From contig OY969800.1 in assembly GCA_963703215.1 (NCBI GenBank), positions 3,522,581 to 3,586,580 of the forward strand: 64,000 nt of DNA, in the 5' to 3' direction. The stretch's first letter is position 1; each line of letters begins with the position of its first letter. Positions 33,472 through 43,736 of this stretch are shown one piece after another. The stretch comes from an uncultured Bacteroidota bacterium (lineage in GTDB: Bacteria > Bacteroidota > Ignavibacteria > Kryptoniales > JAKASW01). Both the position numbers and the translations under genes were made by a program. The notes below the pieces were generated by a model, which saw only the letters and a list, made by a program, of their open reading frames with translations, was not told the origin of the DNA and did not search any database.

Positions 33472-33528
33472 CTCATCTGCGGTTTTCAATAACAGGTTTT
33501 CTTAACAGATTCATGAGGAAAAAAATCG

Positions 33529-34206
33529 ATGAAAAATCTTATCGAAATAAAAGATGTAACGAAATCTTACCATCGCGACAGCATCGAGGTCCCGGTGCTG
33601 AACAACATTGACCTTGATGTTCCTGACGGAGAATTTCTCGCGTTGATGGGCCCATCAGGTTCCGGCAAAACCACTTTGCTCAACATGATCGCCGGAATAG
33701 ATAAGCCATCTTCAGGCGAGATAATCATAAACGGTACAGATATTTCAAAGTTGAGCGAGTCTGCGCTTGCAAAATGGAGATCGTCAAACATCGGATTCAT
33801 TTTCCAGTTTTACAATCTTATTCCTGTTCTGACAGCTTATGAAAACGTGGAGCTTCCTCTTCTCCTGACAAATCTCTCGAAATCTGAACGGAAGCAGCAT
33901 GTCAATACCGCGCTCACGATTGTCGGCCTTGCGGACCGAATGGACTTTTATCCCAAGCAGTTGTCTGGCGGACAGGAACAGAGAGTAGCAATTGCGCGAG
34001 CTATCGTCACCGATCCAGTTCTGCTGATCGCTGATGAACCAACGGGAGACCTCGACAAGAATTCCGCGGAAGAGATCATGACACTCATGCAAAGATTAAA
34101 TAAGGAATTCAAGAAGACAATCGTGATGGTCACGCACGATCCGCACACTGCACAGAAAGCGACATCTCTACGCCATCTCGAAAAAGGCGACCTGGTGAAG
34201 GAGTAA
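33529..34206 (+). CDS. ABC transporter ATP-binding protein (MacB/LolD-type)
   Basis: GPSGSGKT, LSGGQEQRV, ADEPTG, VTHD. Confidence 0.95.
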   Translation: MKNLIEIKDVTKSYHRDSIEVPVLNNIDLDVPDGEFLALMGPSGSGKTTLLNMIAGIDKPSSGEIIINGTDISKLSESALAKWRSSNIGFIFQFYNLIPVLTAYENVELPLLLTNLSKSERKQHVNTALTIVGLADRMDFYPKQLSGGQEQRVAIARAIVTDPVLLIADEPTGDLDKNSAEEIMTLMQRLNKEFKKTIVMVTHDPHTAQKATSLRHLEKGDLVKE

Positions 34207-34208
34207 CC

Positions 34209-35369
34209 ATGAAAGTATTGAAGTTAATCATAAAGAACGTTTTCCGGCATAAACTAAGAACATCGCTGACTGTAATAGGACTTGCTGTCGCTGTTACGGC
34301 ATTCGGTCTCATCCAGACGGCGGTCTCAAGCTGGAACTCCGGCGTTGCATCATCCCAGGTTGATAGGCTTGTCACGCGCGACGCTGTCACAATTATTAAT
34401 CCGCTCCCCTACGCTTATCTGGAAAAAATAGAACAAATTCCCGGGATAAAGCAAGTCACCTACATGAATTGGTTTGGTGGTACATACATCGATCGAAGCC
34501 ATTTCTTTGCACGAATGGCTGCAGATCCAAATACGTTATTCGATGTCTATCCGGAATATCTCATAAGCAAGAAAGAACTAAGTGATTTCCAAACGCAAGG
34601 CAACGCATGCGTTGTCGGCGGCGCGCTTGCAAGGCAGAACAACTTCAAACTCGGCGACGTAATCACACTCGACGGCGACATATATCCTGGCAAGTGGGAA
34701 TTTGTCGTGCGCGGAATCTATACTCCGAAGTTCCCATCGACCGATGCCACGCAGCTGTTTTTCCAATGGAATTATTTGAATGAAAAAGTGAAGCAGGATT
34801 TTCCATCGAGAGGAAATGAAGTTGGCTGGTACATCGAACGAATTGACAATGCTGCCGATGCGAGCAGGATCTCAGGCACCATTGACGCGTTGTTCGCAAA
34901 CTCTCCCGCAGAGACAAAGACAGAGACTGAACGAGCGTTCCAACAAAGTTTCGTTTCATCTTCGAGCGCGATTATAAACGGGATGCAGTACATGTCCTTT
35001 ATCATCGTTGGGATCATAATGTTGGTGCTCGGCAATACCATGATAATGTCGGCGAGAGAACGGACAAGGGAGTACGCAGTCTTGAAGGCGCTTGGCTTCT
35101 CGGCAAAACATTTGATCGGATTGATACTTGGAGAATCTCTTGTCATCTCCGCTATCGGCGGAGGACTCGGAATAATCCTCACGTTCGTCGCGGTTGACGG
35201 AATGGGCGAATATATTCCAAGGAGTTTCTTCCCTGTTTTCGAAGTCGATATGACAAATGTAATGCTCGCTGTCACAGCAGTTGTCATTGTAGGAATAGCG
35301 GCGGCGATTTTTCCAATAAGACGGGCGCTGACAACAAAAATTGCGGACGGATTTAGATTCGCAGGATAA
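34209..35369 (+). CDS. ABC permease (MacB/FtsX family)
   Basis: N-terminal TM, periplasmic domain, ERTREYAVLKALGF. Confidence 0.9.
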   Translation: MKVLKLIIKNVFRHKLRTSLTVIGLAVAVTAFGLIQTAVSSWNSGVASSQVDRLVTRDAVTIINPLPYAYLEKIEQIPGIKQVTYMNWFGGTYIDRSHFFARMAADPNTLFDVYPEYLISKKELSDFQTQGNACVVGGALARQNNFKLGDVITLDGDIYPGKWEFVVRGIYTPKFPSTDATQLFFQWNYLNEKVKQDFPSRGNEVGWYIERIDNAADASRISGTIDALFANSPAETKTETERAFQQSFVSSSSAIINGMQYMSFIIVGIIMLVLGNTMIMSARERTREYAVLKALGFSAKHLIGLILGESLVISAIGGGLGIILTFVAVDGMGEYIPRSFFPVFEVDMTNVMLAVTAVVIVGIAAAIFPIRRALTTKIADGFRFAG

Positions 35370-35382
35370 TTGATAATGAGAC

Positions 35383-35482
35383 GGCACAAAGGCACCGAGA
35401 TGCAAAGGCACAAAGTGGTACAGAATAGCACCGCTTCATCTCTGTTCCTTCTGCGCCTCTGTCACTTTGAAACTCTGTGCCT
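35383..35482. repeat. Octamer-periodic imperfect inverted repeat (REP-like) between permease genes
   Basis: GGCACAAA GGCACCGA GATGCAAA GGCACAAA ... CTCTGTTC/CCTCTGTC/ACTTTGAA/ACTCTGTGCC. Confidence 0.5.
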
Positions 35483-35498
35483 TTCTTAGGAGAAAACA

Positions 35499-36668
35499 AT
35501 GAGTGTACCATTCAAATACATGATCAAAAACTTTGGGAGAAGAAGACTCTCGACCATTATCACGCTTGCAGGTATCACGCTCGTAATATTTGTATTTACG
35601 GCAGTTTTGATGATGGCTAACGGTGTTAGGAAAACAATGGTGGCCACGGGTTCGCCAGACAATGTTGTCATTACCAGAAAAGGATCCAATGGCGAAATCT
35701 CCAGCATAATTCTTGGTGAAACGCAAAATGTCGTTGCCACACTTCCTTACATATCCAAAACTCCTGACGGAGCCCCGGCAATATCATACCAACCGGTAGT
35801 GGTGATCAACCTTACTACCGCGGACGGCGGGATGAGTAACGTCATGGTTCGAGGGGTGACCAAGCAGACATTGTACATCCACCCTAACGTGAAGATTATT
35901 GACGGGCAAATGTTCAATCCGGCACTGCGCGAAGTGATAGTGGGTCAATCCGTCGCCAAGAGATACGCCGATGCCCGTATAGGCGGGTCAATAAAACTAG
36001 CCGGAGATTACTGGAAGGTAGTCGGCATTTTTTCCAGCGACGGTACTGGTTTCGATTCGGAAATCTGGTGTGACTACCACCAAATCCAGGATGCATTTCA
36101 CAGAGGAAGCAGTGTCTCTTCGATCACGCTGAAGTTAGACAAACTTTCCGATTATGATGAATTCAAACAGGCATTCCTGGCAGACCGGCGCCTCCAGGAA
36201 TTCGAGCCCAAATTAGAGCAGGCATATTTTTCGGAACAATCGGAGACACTTTCGACTTTTATAAGAGTTATTGGAATCTTTGTCACGATAGTGTTTAGCA
36301 TCGGCGCGGCCATCGGTGCCATGATAACCATGTATGCCGAAGTGGCGAATCGGACAAAAGAGATCGGCACTCTGCGAGCGCTTGGATTCAGCAGAAGAAG
36401 TGTCTTGACGGTATTTCTCTTCGAGGCTGTGCTGATCTCGCTTACCGGAGGAATCGTTGGCGTCATACTCGCGTCGCTCCTTCAATTCTTTTCTGTGTCG
36501 ACTATGAACTTTGCATCATTCTCCGAACTGACTTTTGATTTCGCTCTCACTCCGTCGTCCATCGCCGCTTCATTAGTATTCGCAGTGATGATGGGACTCT
36601 TCGGAGGCTTTTTCCCTTCAGCTCGCGCAGCGAGGTTGAATATCGTAAACGCCTTGCGAGGAGAATAG
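35499..36668 (+). CDS. ABC permease (MacB/FtsX family)
   Basis: RTKEIGTLRALGF, FFPSARAAR. Confidence 0.9.
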   Translation: MSVPFKYMIKNFGRRRLSTIITLAGITLVIFVFTAVLMMANGVRKTMVATGSPDNVVITRKGSNGEISSIILGETQNVVATLPYISKTPDGAPAISYQPVVVINLTTADGGMSNVMVRGVTKQTLYIHPNVKIIDGQMFNPALREVIVGQSVAKRYADARIGGSIKLAGDYWKVVGIFSSDGTGFDSEIWCDYHQIQDAFHRGSSVSSITLKLDKLSDYDEFKQAFLADRRLQEFEPKLEQAYFSEQSETLSTFIRVIGIFVTIVFSIGAAIGAMITMYAEVANRTKEIGTLRALGFSRRSVLTVFLFEAVLISLTGGIVGVILASLLQFFSVSTMNFASFSELTFDFALTPSSIAASLVFAVMMGLFGGFFPSARAARLNIVNALRGE

Positions 36669-36671
36669 TTA

Positions 36672-37532
36672 ATGCGGACTGAGACACCCGAAGTTATCGA
36701 GAAGGAAAAGACTTTGAATTTTGACAGCAATCAACTAAACATTATTACCGTTTCAAATTTGACAAAGAAATTCGGCGAGATAGTTGCCGTCGATAATATT
36801 TCTTTTGAAGTAAAAAGAGGCGAGACCTTCGCATTTCTCGGACCGAATGGAGCTGGAAAATCGACCACCATCAAGATGTTGACTACCTTGCTCCATCCTA
36901 CCAGCGGGAAGATTATTTTAAACGGCCATGATCCATCTCATGATAAAGACGGCGTAAGAAAATCACTTGGCATTGTCTTTCAGGATCCAAGCTTAGATGA
37001 GGATTTGACAGCACTGGAGAACATGCAATTTCATGCGGTGTGTTACAAGATTCCAAAGGGCATCAGAGCGAATAGAATAGAAGAGATGCTAAGATTCGTC
37101 GAACTCTGGGACCGGAGAAATGATATGGTGAAAACATTTTCCGGTGGAATGAAACGCCGGCTTGAGATTGCACGAGGATTGCTGCACCACCCTACCATCC
37201 TTTTCCTCGATGAGCCGACACTGGGTCTAGATCCACAAACCCGAAACCATATGTGGAGCTATGTGAAGGACATAAATCAAAAGGAAAATATGACGGTATT
37301 CTTCACGACACATTATATGGAGGAGGCAGACCGAGTTGCAGACCGGATTGCGATCATCGACCATGGCAAGATCATAGCGACCGGGACTTCAGGGGAACTG
37401 AAAAGCCGCACGAATACGGAGACTCTCGAAGAGGCTTTTTTGAGCATGACCGGGCACAAGATTCGCGAGGAAGAGGCAAGCAGCCTGGATCGCATGAGAA
37501 GAATGGGGCGAATGTGGAGAGGAAGACGATAA
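36672..37532 (+). CDS. ABC transporter ATP-binding protein (DrrA-like)
   Basis: GPNGAGKST, FSGGMKRR, LDEPT.GLDP. Confidence 0.93.
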   Translation: MRTETPEVIEKEKTLNFDSNQLNIITVSNLTKKFGEIVAVDNISFEVKRGETFAFLGPNGAGKSTTIKMLTTLLHPTSGKIILNGHDPSHDKDGVRKSLGIVFQDPSLDEDLTALENMQFHAVCYKIPKGIRANRIEEMLRFVELWDRRNDMVKTFSGGMKRRLEIARGLLHHPTILFLDEPTLGLDPQTRNHMWSYVKDINQKENMTVFFTTHYMEEADRVADRIAIIDHGKIIATGTSGELKSRTNTETLEEAFLSMTGHKIREEEASSLDRMRRMGRMWRGRR

Positions 37533-38281
37533 TGAGTGTGATTTATATAATGTGGCTCAGGCAGTTGAAGAAATATTTCAGGTCAAAATCCCGGATCATC
37601 GGTTCACTCGGGCAACCTTTGCTTTTCCTGCTCGCATTCGGATTTGGCTTTGGAGCAATTTACAAGAGAGCAGGAGCCGGGAATTATATGCAGTTCTTAG
37701 CTCCTGGAATTATTTTGATGAGCGTCCTTTTCACCGCAATTTTTTCCGGAATCGATCTCATCTGGGACAGGCAATTCGGGTTTTTGAAAGAGACAATGAT
37801 CGCTCCGGTTTCACGATTCCAAATTATGCTCGGGAAAACGCTGGGCGGGGCAACAGTCGCTACGATACAGGGAATAATAGTCTTTGTGCTGACTCTTTTT
37901 GTGGGATTCCGTATCGAAAACTTTTACATGCTCCCAGTCGCATTCGTTGTTGTCTTCCTCGTAGCATTGCTATTTACATCTCTCGGGATCGCGCTGGCGT
38001 CAACGATGGAAGACATGCAAGGATTTCAACTGATAATGAATTTTCTCGTCATGCCGATATTTTTTCTTTCGGGAGCGCTCTTCCCTCTTCAGGGAGTTCC
38101 GAAAGCGTTGGACATCATCGCCGCGCTGGATCCACTGAGTTACGGCGTCGATGGATTGCGGTATTCCTTTCTCAATTCGACAACGGCATTTGGGATGGCA
38201 ACCGACCTGACTGTACTTTTAGTACTAACGGCCGCTCTCCTCGGTGTCGGAAGCTACCTCTTCGAAAGAATACAAGCATAG
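37532..38281 (+). CDS. ABC-2 type permease
   Basis: Start at MSVIY overlapping the upstream stop; DRQFGFLKE..IAP, FLSGALFP. Confidence 0.9.
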   Translation: MSVIYIMWLRQLKKYFRSKSRIIGSLGQPLLFLLAFGFGFGAIYKRAGAGNYMQFLAPGIILMSVLFTAIFSGIDLIWDRQFGFLKETMIAPVSRFQIMLGKTLGGATVATIQGIIVFVLTLFVGFRIENFYMLPVAFVVVFLVALLFTSLGIALASTMEDMQGFQLIMNFLVMPIFFLSGALFPLQGVPKALDIIAALDPLSYGVDGLRYSFLNSTTAFGMATDLTVLLVLTAALLGVGSYLFERIQA

Positions 38282-38411
38282 TCGCATATTCATTCTGTCA
38301 TTTCGTTAGGAAAATTCACTACGGTTTTCATGGAATTGTTGTAAGCTTTCAAGAAAGAGGTTAAATTTCTCCCGACCTGTTTGGAAATATCAATTAACCT
38401 CACTAAGAGTC

Positions 38412-40154
38412 ATGAAAAATCTGATCCTGCTTCTTGCCTTTGCAACTTTCTGCTTGACACAAACCAGCCACGCTCAAGAACCATCTCATTACAATTGGGG
38501 ACCCTTCACGCGAGCCGATTCGCTTCGCGGATATTTGTCTCCGCCTAGGACATGCTACGACGTCACTTACTACCATCTCGATGTTCTGATAGATCCCGAT
38601 TCGGAATCAATCCACGGTTCGAACACGATTAGGTTCAAAGTGGATGCTGCATTCAGCGAAATGCAAGTCGATCTTTTCGCAAACATGAAAGTGGACTCGA
38701 TAAAACTTTCCGCCGAAGGCGCTTCCGCTTCTGACGGAGAAGATGGAACGATGCTAAAGTATTCACGCGAATTCGGAGCGGTGTTCATCGACATGCCGAG
38801 AGAGTTAGAGCAAAACACCATGCATCAAATTATCTTCTACTATTCCGGGAAACCTCAAGTGGCTCTAAACCCTCCCTGGGACGGTGGTTTCATTTGGAAA
38901 AAAGACAAAGAAGGAAATCCGTGGGTGATGGTTACTTGCCAGGGAACCGGCGCAAGTCTGTGGTGGCCAAACAAAGACCACCAAACTGCAAAACCGGACA
39001 GCATGTTACTTAGTGTCACGGTCCCTAAAGGTCTTGAAGATATTTCCAACGGAAGATTGAGAAGCAAAGTTGATCTGCCAAACGGTGAGACTCAATACAA
39101 CTGGTTCATCAGCTACCCAATCAATAATTACAATGTCACTGTCAACATCGGGAAGTACACGCATTTCAGCGATATCTACAAGAGCCACGACGGAAGTCGA
39201 CTTACGCTCGATTACTACGTCATGCCTCAGAACCTAAAAAAAGCGAAGAAACAGTTTAGAGAAGCAAAGACAATGCTCGCCTGTTATGAAAAATACTTTG
39301 GCAAATACCCTTTCTACCGTGACGGCTACAAACTCATAGAGTCATCGCACAACGGTATGGAACACCAGACTGCCGTTGCATATGGCAACCATTACCACCT
39401 CGGATACGAAGGAAGAGCAAGCTCGGCAGTCGGTTTGAAATTTGATTTCATTATCATCCACGAAAGCGCGCATGAGTGGTGGGGCAATAGCGTGACTTCA
39501 AAAGATCTTGCAGACATGTGGATACATGAGAGTTTCGGCGCGTACGCGGAAGCGCTTTATGTCGAGTACAACTGGGGGCGCGGGGCATCATTGGAATACA
39601 TCAACACAAAGAAACAGACTGTCAAAAACGACGCACCAATCATTGGTCCTTATGATTTGAACCACGCGGGATCTGGTGACATGTATGACAAGGGACAGCT
39701 TGTATTGAATGCTCTTCGCGCCGTCATCGGAAACGACAGTTTATGGTTTTCGATTCTGAAAGGGCTTCAGGAAAAGTTCGCCTACCAGACGGTTGACGCC
39801 GATGACATCATCAATTATATAAATCGGAGAACTAATGCCGATTACAATTATTTTTTCGAACAATACCTCAGATACGCCACAATACCTGAATTGACAATCT
39901 CGATCACAGAAAAAGGCAACAGTACGGCTTTGCGTTATATGTGGGACGCGGATGTAAAGGATTTCAGAATGCCTGTTAAGGTCACCACTTCAAAAAATCA
40001 CTTTGTGCTGATACATCCCACAACCAAGTGGCAGACAATGAGACTGAAGAACTTCGACCCGAAAGATTTTCGAGTCGATGAAGATGAATTCTACTGTAAG
40101 GTCAAGATTTTAAGATATTACATCGATCCCAAAAGTGAGATAAAGATATTTTGA
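38412..40154 (+). CDS. Secreted M1 family aminopeptidase
   Basis: Signal peptide, GMEHQ, HESAHEWWGN...WIHESF, YDKG. Confidence 0.93.
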   Translation: MKNLILLLAFATFCLTQTSHAQEPSHYNWGPFTRADSLRGYLSPPRTCYDVTYYHLDVLIDPDSESIHGSNTIRFKVDAAFSEMQVDLFANMKVDSIKLSAEGASASDGEDGTMLKYSREFGAVFIDMPRELEQNTMHQIIFYYSGKPQVALNPPWDGGFIWKKDKEGNPWVMVTCQGTGASLWWPNKDHQTAKPDSMLLSVTVPKGLEDISNGRLRSKVDLPNGETQYNWFISYPINNYNVTVNIGKYTHFSDIYKSHDGSRLTLDYYVMPQNLKKAKKQFREAKTMLACYEKYFGKYPFYRDGYKLIESSHNGMEHQTAVAYGNHYHLGYEGRASSAVGLKFDFIIIHESAHEWWGNSVTSKDLADMWIHESFGAYAEALYVEYNWGRGASLEYINTKKQTVKNDAPIIGPYDLNHAGSGDMYDKGQLVLNALRAVIGNDSLWFSILKGLQEKFAYQTVDADDIINYINRRTNADYNYFFEQYLRYATIPELTISITEKGNSTALRYMWDADVKDFRMPVKVTTSKNHFVLIHPTTKWQTMRLKNFDPKDFRVDEDEFYCKVKILRYYIDPKSEIKIF

Positions 40155-40157
40155 TTT

Positions 40158-40185
40158 GTAGAGACGCAACATCTTACGCCTTCAC
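40158..40185. repeat. Degenerate GTAG-type REP-like palindrome
   Basis: GTAGAGACGCAACATCTTACGCCTTCAC between convergent genes. Confidence 0.4.
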
Positions 40186-40202
40186 AATCCAACAGGCAAA
40201 TG

Positions 40203-40586
40203 TCAATTGTCCATGTGGTGATGGTGGTGATGCTCACCATACTCATGGTGTTGGTGAGCGGTCGGAGCATTAGTAACAGGCAGCTTCCCTTCCGCCGCGA
40301 GCATCACCGCTTCAGCCACAGGAATACCTGAAGTAATGCATACCTCCACCTCGAACTTTTCGGCAACATGGAAGGCGTGCGGACCGATTCCGCCGCAAAT
40401 TATCTTTTTCACTCCGGCCTTTGCATTGTCATGAATGACGAGATGCGGATCAACGGTGTCGTCGTTAGCTTTCACTTCTAATTGTTTTGTCTCATCGTCA
40501 TAAACTAAGAAGTATGGCGCTCTGCCGAAGTGCCCGCTTACGCCGCTTTGAAGTGAATCCCCTTCTGATGCGACTAAATATTTCAT
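40203..40586 (-). CDS. NifB/NifX (FeMo-cofactor-binding-like) family protein with His-rich tail
   Basis: HFGRAPYFLVYD, IICGGIG, HQHHEYGEHHHHHH; start set at MKYLVAS. Confidence 0.85.
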   Translation of the reverse strand: MKYLVASEGDSLQSGVSGHFGRAPYFLVYDDETKQLEVKANDDTVDPHLVIHDNAKAGVKKIICGGIGPHAFHVAEKFEVEVCITSGIPVAEAVMLAAEGKLPVTNAPTAHQHHEYGEHHHHHHMDN

Positions 40587-41016
40587 CTTTATCCTTTTTT
40601 TGGTTTTCAACTTCGATTGCTTTAGTACGGTGCCTGACCCGATAAATAGTTTCATGCACCTCTTCATGCACCTCTTACTCCTTATGACGAATAAATTGCG
40701 GAATTATTTTGTCAGGCTGGGAAATTGTTCGGCGACAGCGTTTCTTCGCCTGTGTTACCCGCGGCGGCAATTGATTCCATTCCGAAAGGGAATTGTTGGA
40801 ATCTTGAACGACGCCGATCGGCTGCAAAAACTTTTAGTATTAGAGAAAGCACTTACAGCGTTAACTCTTCAACTTCTCCATCAAGAAGCAAACTCAATGC
40901 CTCTGTGAATAGATGACGAACATAGTCGATAGTCAGTGGAGCGTATTCATAAGAAACCTGACAAATGCATCTGACCCACGGAGGCCTTTGCATTCTTGTT
41001 GCATCGCGAAAGGTCG

Positions 41017-41150
41017 CTCTAACGTTTGGTGGAAAGAGTTGTTGCGCTGGCCCGCCTTGAGAGCTACATAGCGTCGAGTCATCGAGCGAAAGCAATGAAG
41101 CGACCACCTTGAATATACTATGTGGAGCATCCCTCGGCCTCTTGTCATAC
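41017..41150 (-). repeat. attC-like site 1 (degenerate)
   Basis: + strand CTCTAAC...TGAAGCG...GAGCAT...GTCATAC. Confidence 0.75.
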
Positions 41151-42149
41151 GCAGCAGCCGCTGTTCCAGAATATCAAGTGCCAGCGATTTGATTCGTCAT
41201 CTTCCTCTGACCAGCGGGCAACCAAATCAGAGCCCGCCCTGCTTAACGATATTCTATGAGCGAGCGAGTCGAAGTAAGTGGTGGGATAGCAACGAAGAGC
41301 CGTCATCAGATAGATTTGTGCCATTGCACGATCATTGCGGTCACCTCGATGAAGAAGTCTCTCGAAAAGAGCAATTGATTCAGGTCTATTATACTGGACA
41401 AGGGCTTCAATCAGATTACACAATGTCATGTCGCTTAGAGACTTGCCGACGAAAATGCTATCAACGGAAGCTTCCAACAACGGAAAGAAGACTGCTGCAG
41501 GGCACTCCCTCATAGATGTGATAGCATAATATGGATAATAGAGTCTTCCACCAGGAGGTATAGGTCGTTGCCAATGAAACTGCTTCACTTGGGAAGCAAT
41601 GAAGGATTCATCGGAATCCTTGCGAAATCGTGCTAAGGCAACCAGAGCAGCAGGGACTAGCGGATTCTCAGCTAGCTGACGAATGTGTCCGTGTAGTCCT
41701 TCATCTGGAGTAAGATGGAACAGATAATATTCAAGGAATTCGGTGCCAACAAATACACATAGTGGAGCTTCATCTCCCATGTCAAAGTGCATGATACGCG
41801 CTTCCGCAGTATCACGTAAGTGTTCCAACAACGCATTGAAAGCCTCTGGAGTTTGTGAGCGGCTCAAGGCTAGCAGACTGTAATACCTAACAATCGGGCT
41901 CCTATGATTGGCGAGTACCTGTAGCTCAGGTACAGTGGCACTGTCTGCAAGTCGCTCAAATCTCCCGAAAAGCTCCGACTTTTTTTGATGAGGCATCATG
42001 CCGATAAGTGGCCCCTCCGCATGGTCAGAACTCGCAAGCCAATCGGCAAGTGATAATAGGCTTGGCCTAACGGAGGGTGACTTGCTGCAGCCAATGAAGA
42101 CGAGAATCAATATCAATGATAATGAAAAAGGATTGATCCTACTTAACAT
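41145..42149 (-). CDS. Cassette gene: lipoprotein with HEAT-like repeats
   Basis: Lipobox FIGC; stop codon lies in the attC R'' box. Confidence 0.7.
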   Translation of the reverse strand: MLSRINPFSLSLILILVFIGCSKSPSVRPSLLSLADWLASSDHAEGPLIGMMPHQKKSELFGRFERLADSATVPELQVLANHRSPIVRYYSLLALSRSQTPEAFNALLEHLRDTAEARIMHFDMGDEAPLCVFVGTEFLEYYLFHLTPDEGLHGHIRQLAENPLVPAALVALARFRKDSDESFIASQVKQFHWQRPIPPGGRLYYPYYAITSMRECPAAVFFPLLEASVDSIFVGKSLSDMTLCNLIEALVQYNRPESIALFERLLHRGDRNDRAMAQIYLMTALRCYPTTYFDSLAHRISLSRAGSDLVARWSEEDDESNRWHLIFWNSGCCV

Positions 42150-42204
42150 GTAGATACCGACCTCACAGAAGAAATCTATTTAATAATTCCTAAGCGGCTG
42201 TTGC

Positions 42205-42318
42205 GTATAACGTGTGCCGGAATCCCGCCGTGCCGCGTTCCTTCTCTATGTAATAACCGCGGCATGGAGCGAGAACGACATATGAAAATGTCGAGCGTCG
42301 TGATTCGTGCTGTTAGGG
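42205..42318 (-). repeat. attC-like site 2
   Basis: GTATAAC...TGGAGCG...GAGCGT...GTTAGGG. Confidence 0.82.
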
Positions 42319-42362
42319 GCAGGCACGCATTCATGTTAACACTCAAATAATTTGGTCTTGTA

Positions 42363-42779
42363 TTATTTGTCAATTTGGTTTATCTGGTGCCTGCTGGTAC
42401 CATTTCGTGCATTGGTCTTCCCGAAACTGTGTATCAACACTCCGCCTCCGAAACCAATCGCTGCAATGACAAAAGAGAACACGGCGAGTTTCAGAATAGA
42501 AGCGCAGGTATTTGGATGCAAGGTATCAGGCAAACTAAAAATATGCTTGACAACATGTGCAAGCGGTAAGAATAACCATACCAAAATCGCCGCGATCCAG
42601 CCCCGCCCACCCCAGAGAATTCCAGAAGTGACAGTGGTACCAAGCAATAAGATAACAATTACGAATGGGCTAACCTCACCCCCGAATGCAAAATTATCCA
42701 CAGCGGAAACAGCAACTCCAATTGCAAGTCCGACAGCAATTAAAACAGTGCGACTTATCGCAGAAGCGTTTGAACTCAT
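42363..42779 (-). CDS. Cassette gene: 4-TM membrane protein
   Basis: GAGGAGG RBS, hydrophobic helices. Confidence 0.75.
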   Translation of the reverse strand: MSSNASAISRTVLIAVGLAIGVAVSAVDNFAFGGEVSPFVIVILLLGTTVTSGILWGGRGWIAAILVWLFLPLAHVVKHIFSLPDTLHPNTCASILKLAVFSFVIAAIGFGGGVLIHSFGKTNARNGTSRHQINQIDK

Positions 42780-42848
42780 GTCTATTATCCTCCTCTTACT
42801 CTTTCGTGATTATACGCTACTCTTCTATTATGCATAGCACGTGCTTTC

Positions 42849-42965
42849 GCCTAACGTCTGCGCGAATCATGTTCGTGCCGCACTCCTTCTTGACATAATG
42901 TGTGCGGCGTGGAGCGAGAACCATGATATACAATAATCGAGCGTCGTTGATACCCGTTGTTATGC
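42849..42965 (-). repeat. attC-like site 3
   Basis: GCCTAAC...TGGAGCG...GAGCGT...GTTATGC. Confidence 0.85.
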
Positions 42966-42975
42966 GCGGTGGCTT

Positions 42976-43553
42976 TCATTGAGTTCTTTCAAGTTTTACG
43001 TAACCAATATATACTCTCCAATTCACGTTTATGGATTCGTATTTACCGGTCGTGAATTCCACTGCGATAGTATCTCCTGGCTCTGCAGAGATTGAATCCG
43101 CCAATGTTATAAGAGTCCAGCCACTTGAATTGCTAAAATTCATCTTGGGATTGATAAATGAACCTTCTTTCCAAAGCCCCATCACAATAGTGCCCGTGAA
43201 ACCGCTGATGCTATTTTGCCATACAGTGAGTTTGTAGACTCCAACAATAGAGTCTTCCGGGATGTAAGTTATGGCATAAGGGGCCGGTTCGGGAATTCGA
43301 GGGGGTTCCCCGGAAGTAACTCAAGTGAAAATGGTCCATCATTGGGAGGCGCTATCGAGACCACCGATGGATATGGGTCACCACCGACAACCCATCCCGA
43401 TAGGGATGGCTTACCATCCACCTGAAAGTTGGGGTTCCCAATTAAATTCGTAATGTTGGTGCTGGGGACAATTGGGTTGTGAGCGCACGAGTATATTGAC
43501 AGCGATAGCACCAACACTATGGCGACTACAACATACTTATATTTGAGTAACAT
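42976..43553 (-). CDS. Cassette gene: lipoprotein, beta-sandwich-like (frameshift about 43300)
   Basis: IYSC lipobox; NLIGNPNFQ...LSGW; adding one C in the C-run joins ORFs 43269-43553 and 42976-43185. Confidence 0.6.
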
Positions 43554-43581
43554 GATTATCGTCTTTCATAAAAGCCATTGC

Positions 43582-43715
43582 GCATAACGTCCACCAAAAA
43601 GAAGTCGTTGCTTTCGCCCGCTATAAAAGTCGCGTAGCGTCGAGTCATCGGGCGAAAGCAATGAAGCGACCACGATATATACAAATATGGAGCGTCTTCT
43701 TTTTGGTTGTTAGCC
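43582..43715 (-). repeat. attC-like site 4
   Basis: GCATAAC GTCCA CCAAAAAGAAG...CTTCTTTTTGG TT GTTAGCC. Confidence 0.9.
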
Positions 43716-43736
43716 GTTCGTGCACGGCGGCCGGCT

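Noticed and set aside
501-39188. Numerous 60-270 aa antisense or alternate-frame ORFs in the track (e.g. 501-938, 18848-19420, 34772-35431, 37552-38364)
   Set aside because: Most overlap well-supported genes, and they lack recognisable motifs or RBS
40750-40770. GCCGCGGGTAACAC resemblance to the 16S rRNA 530 loop
   Set aside because: Short imperfect match with no flanking rRNA similarity
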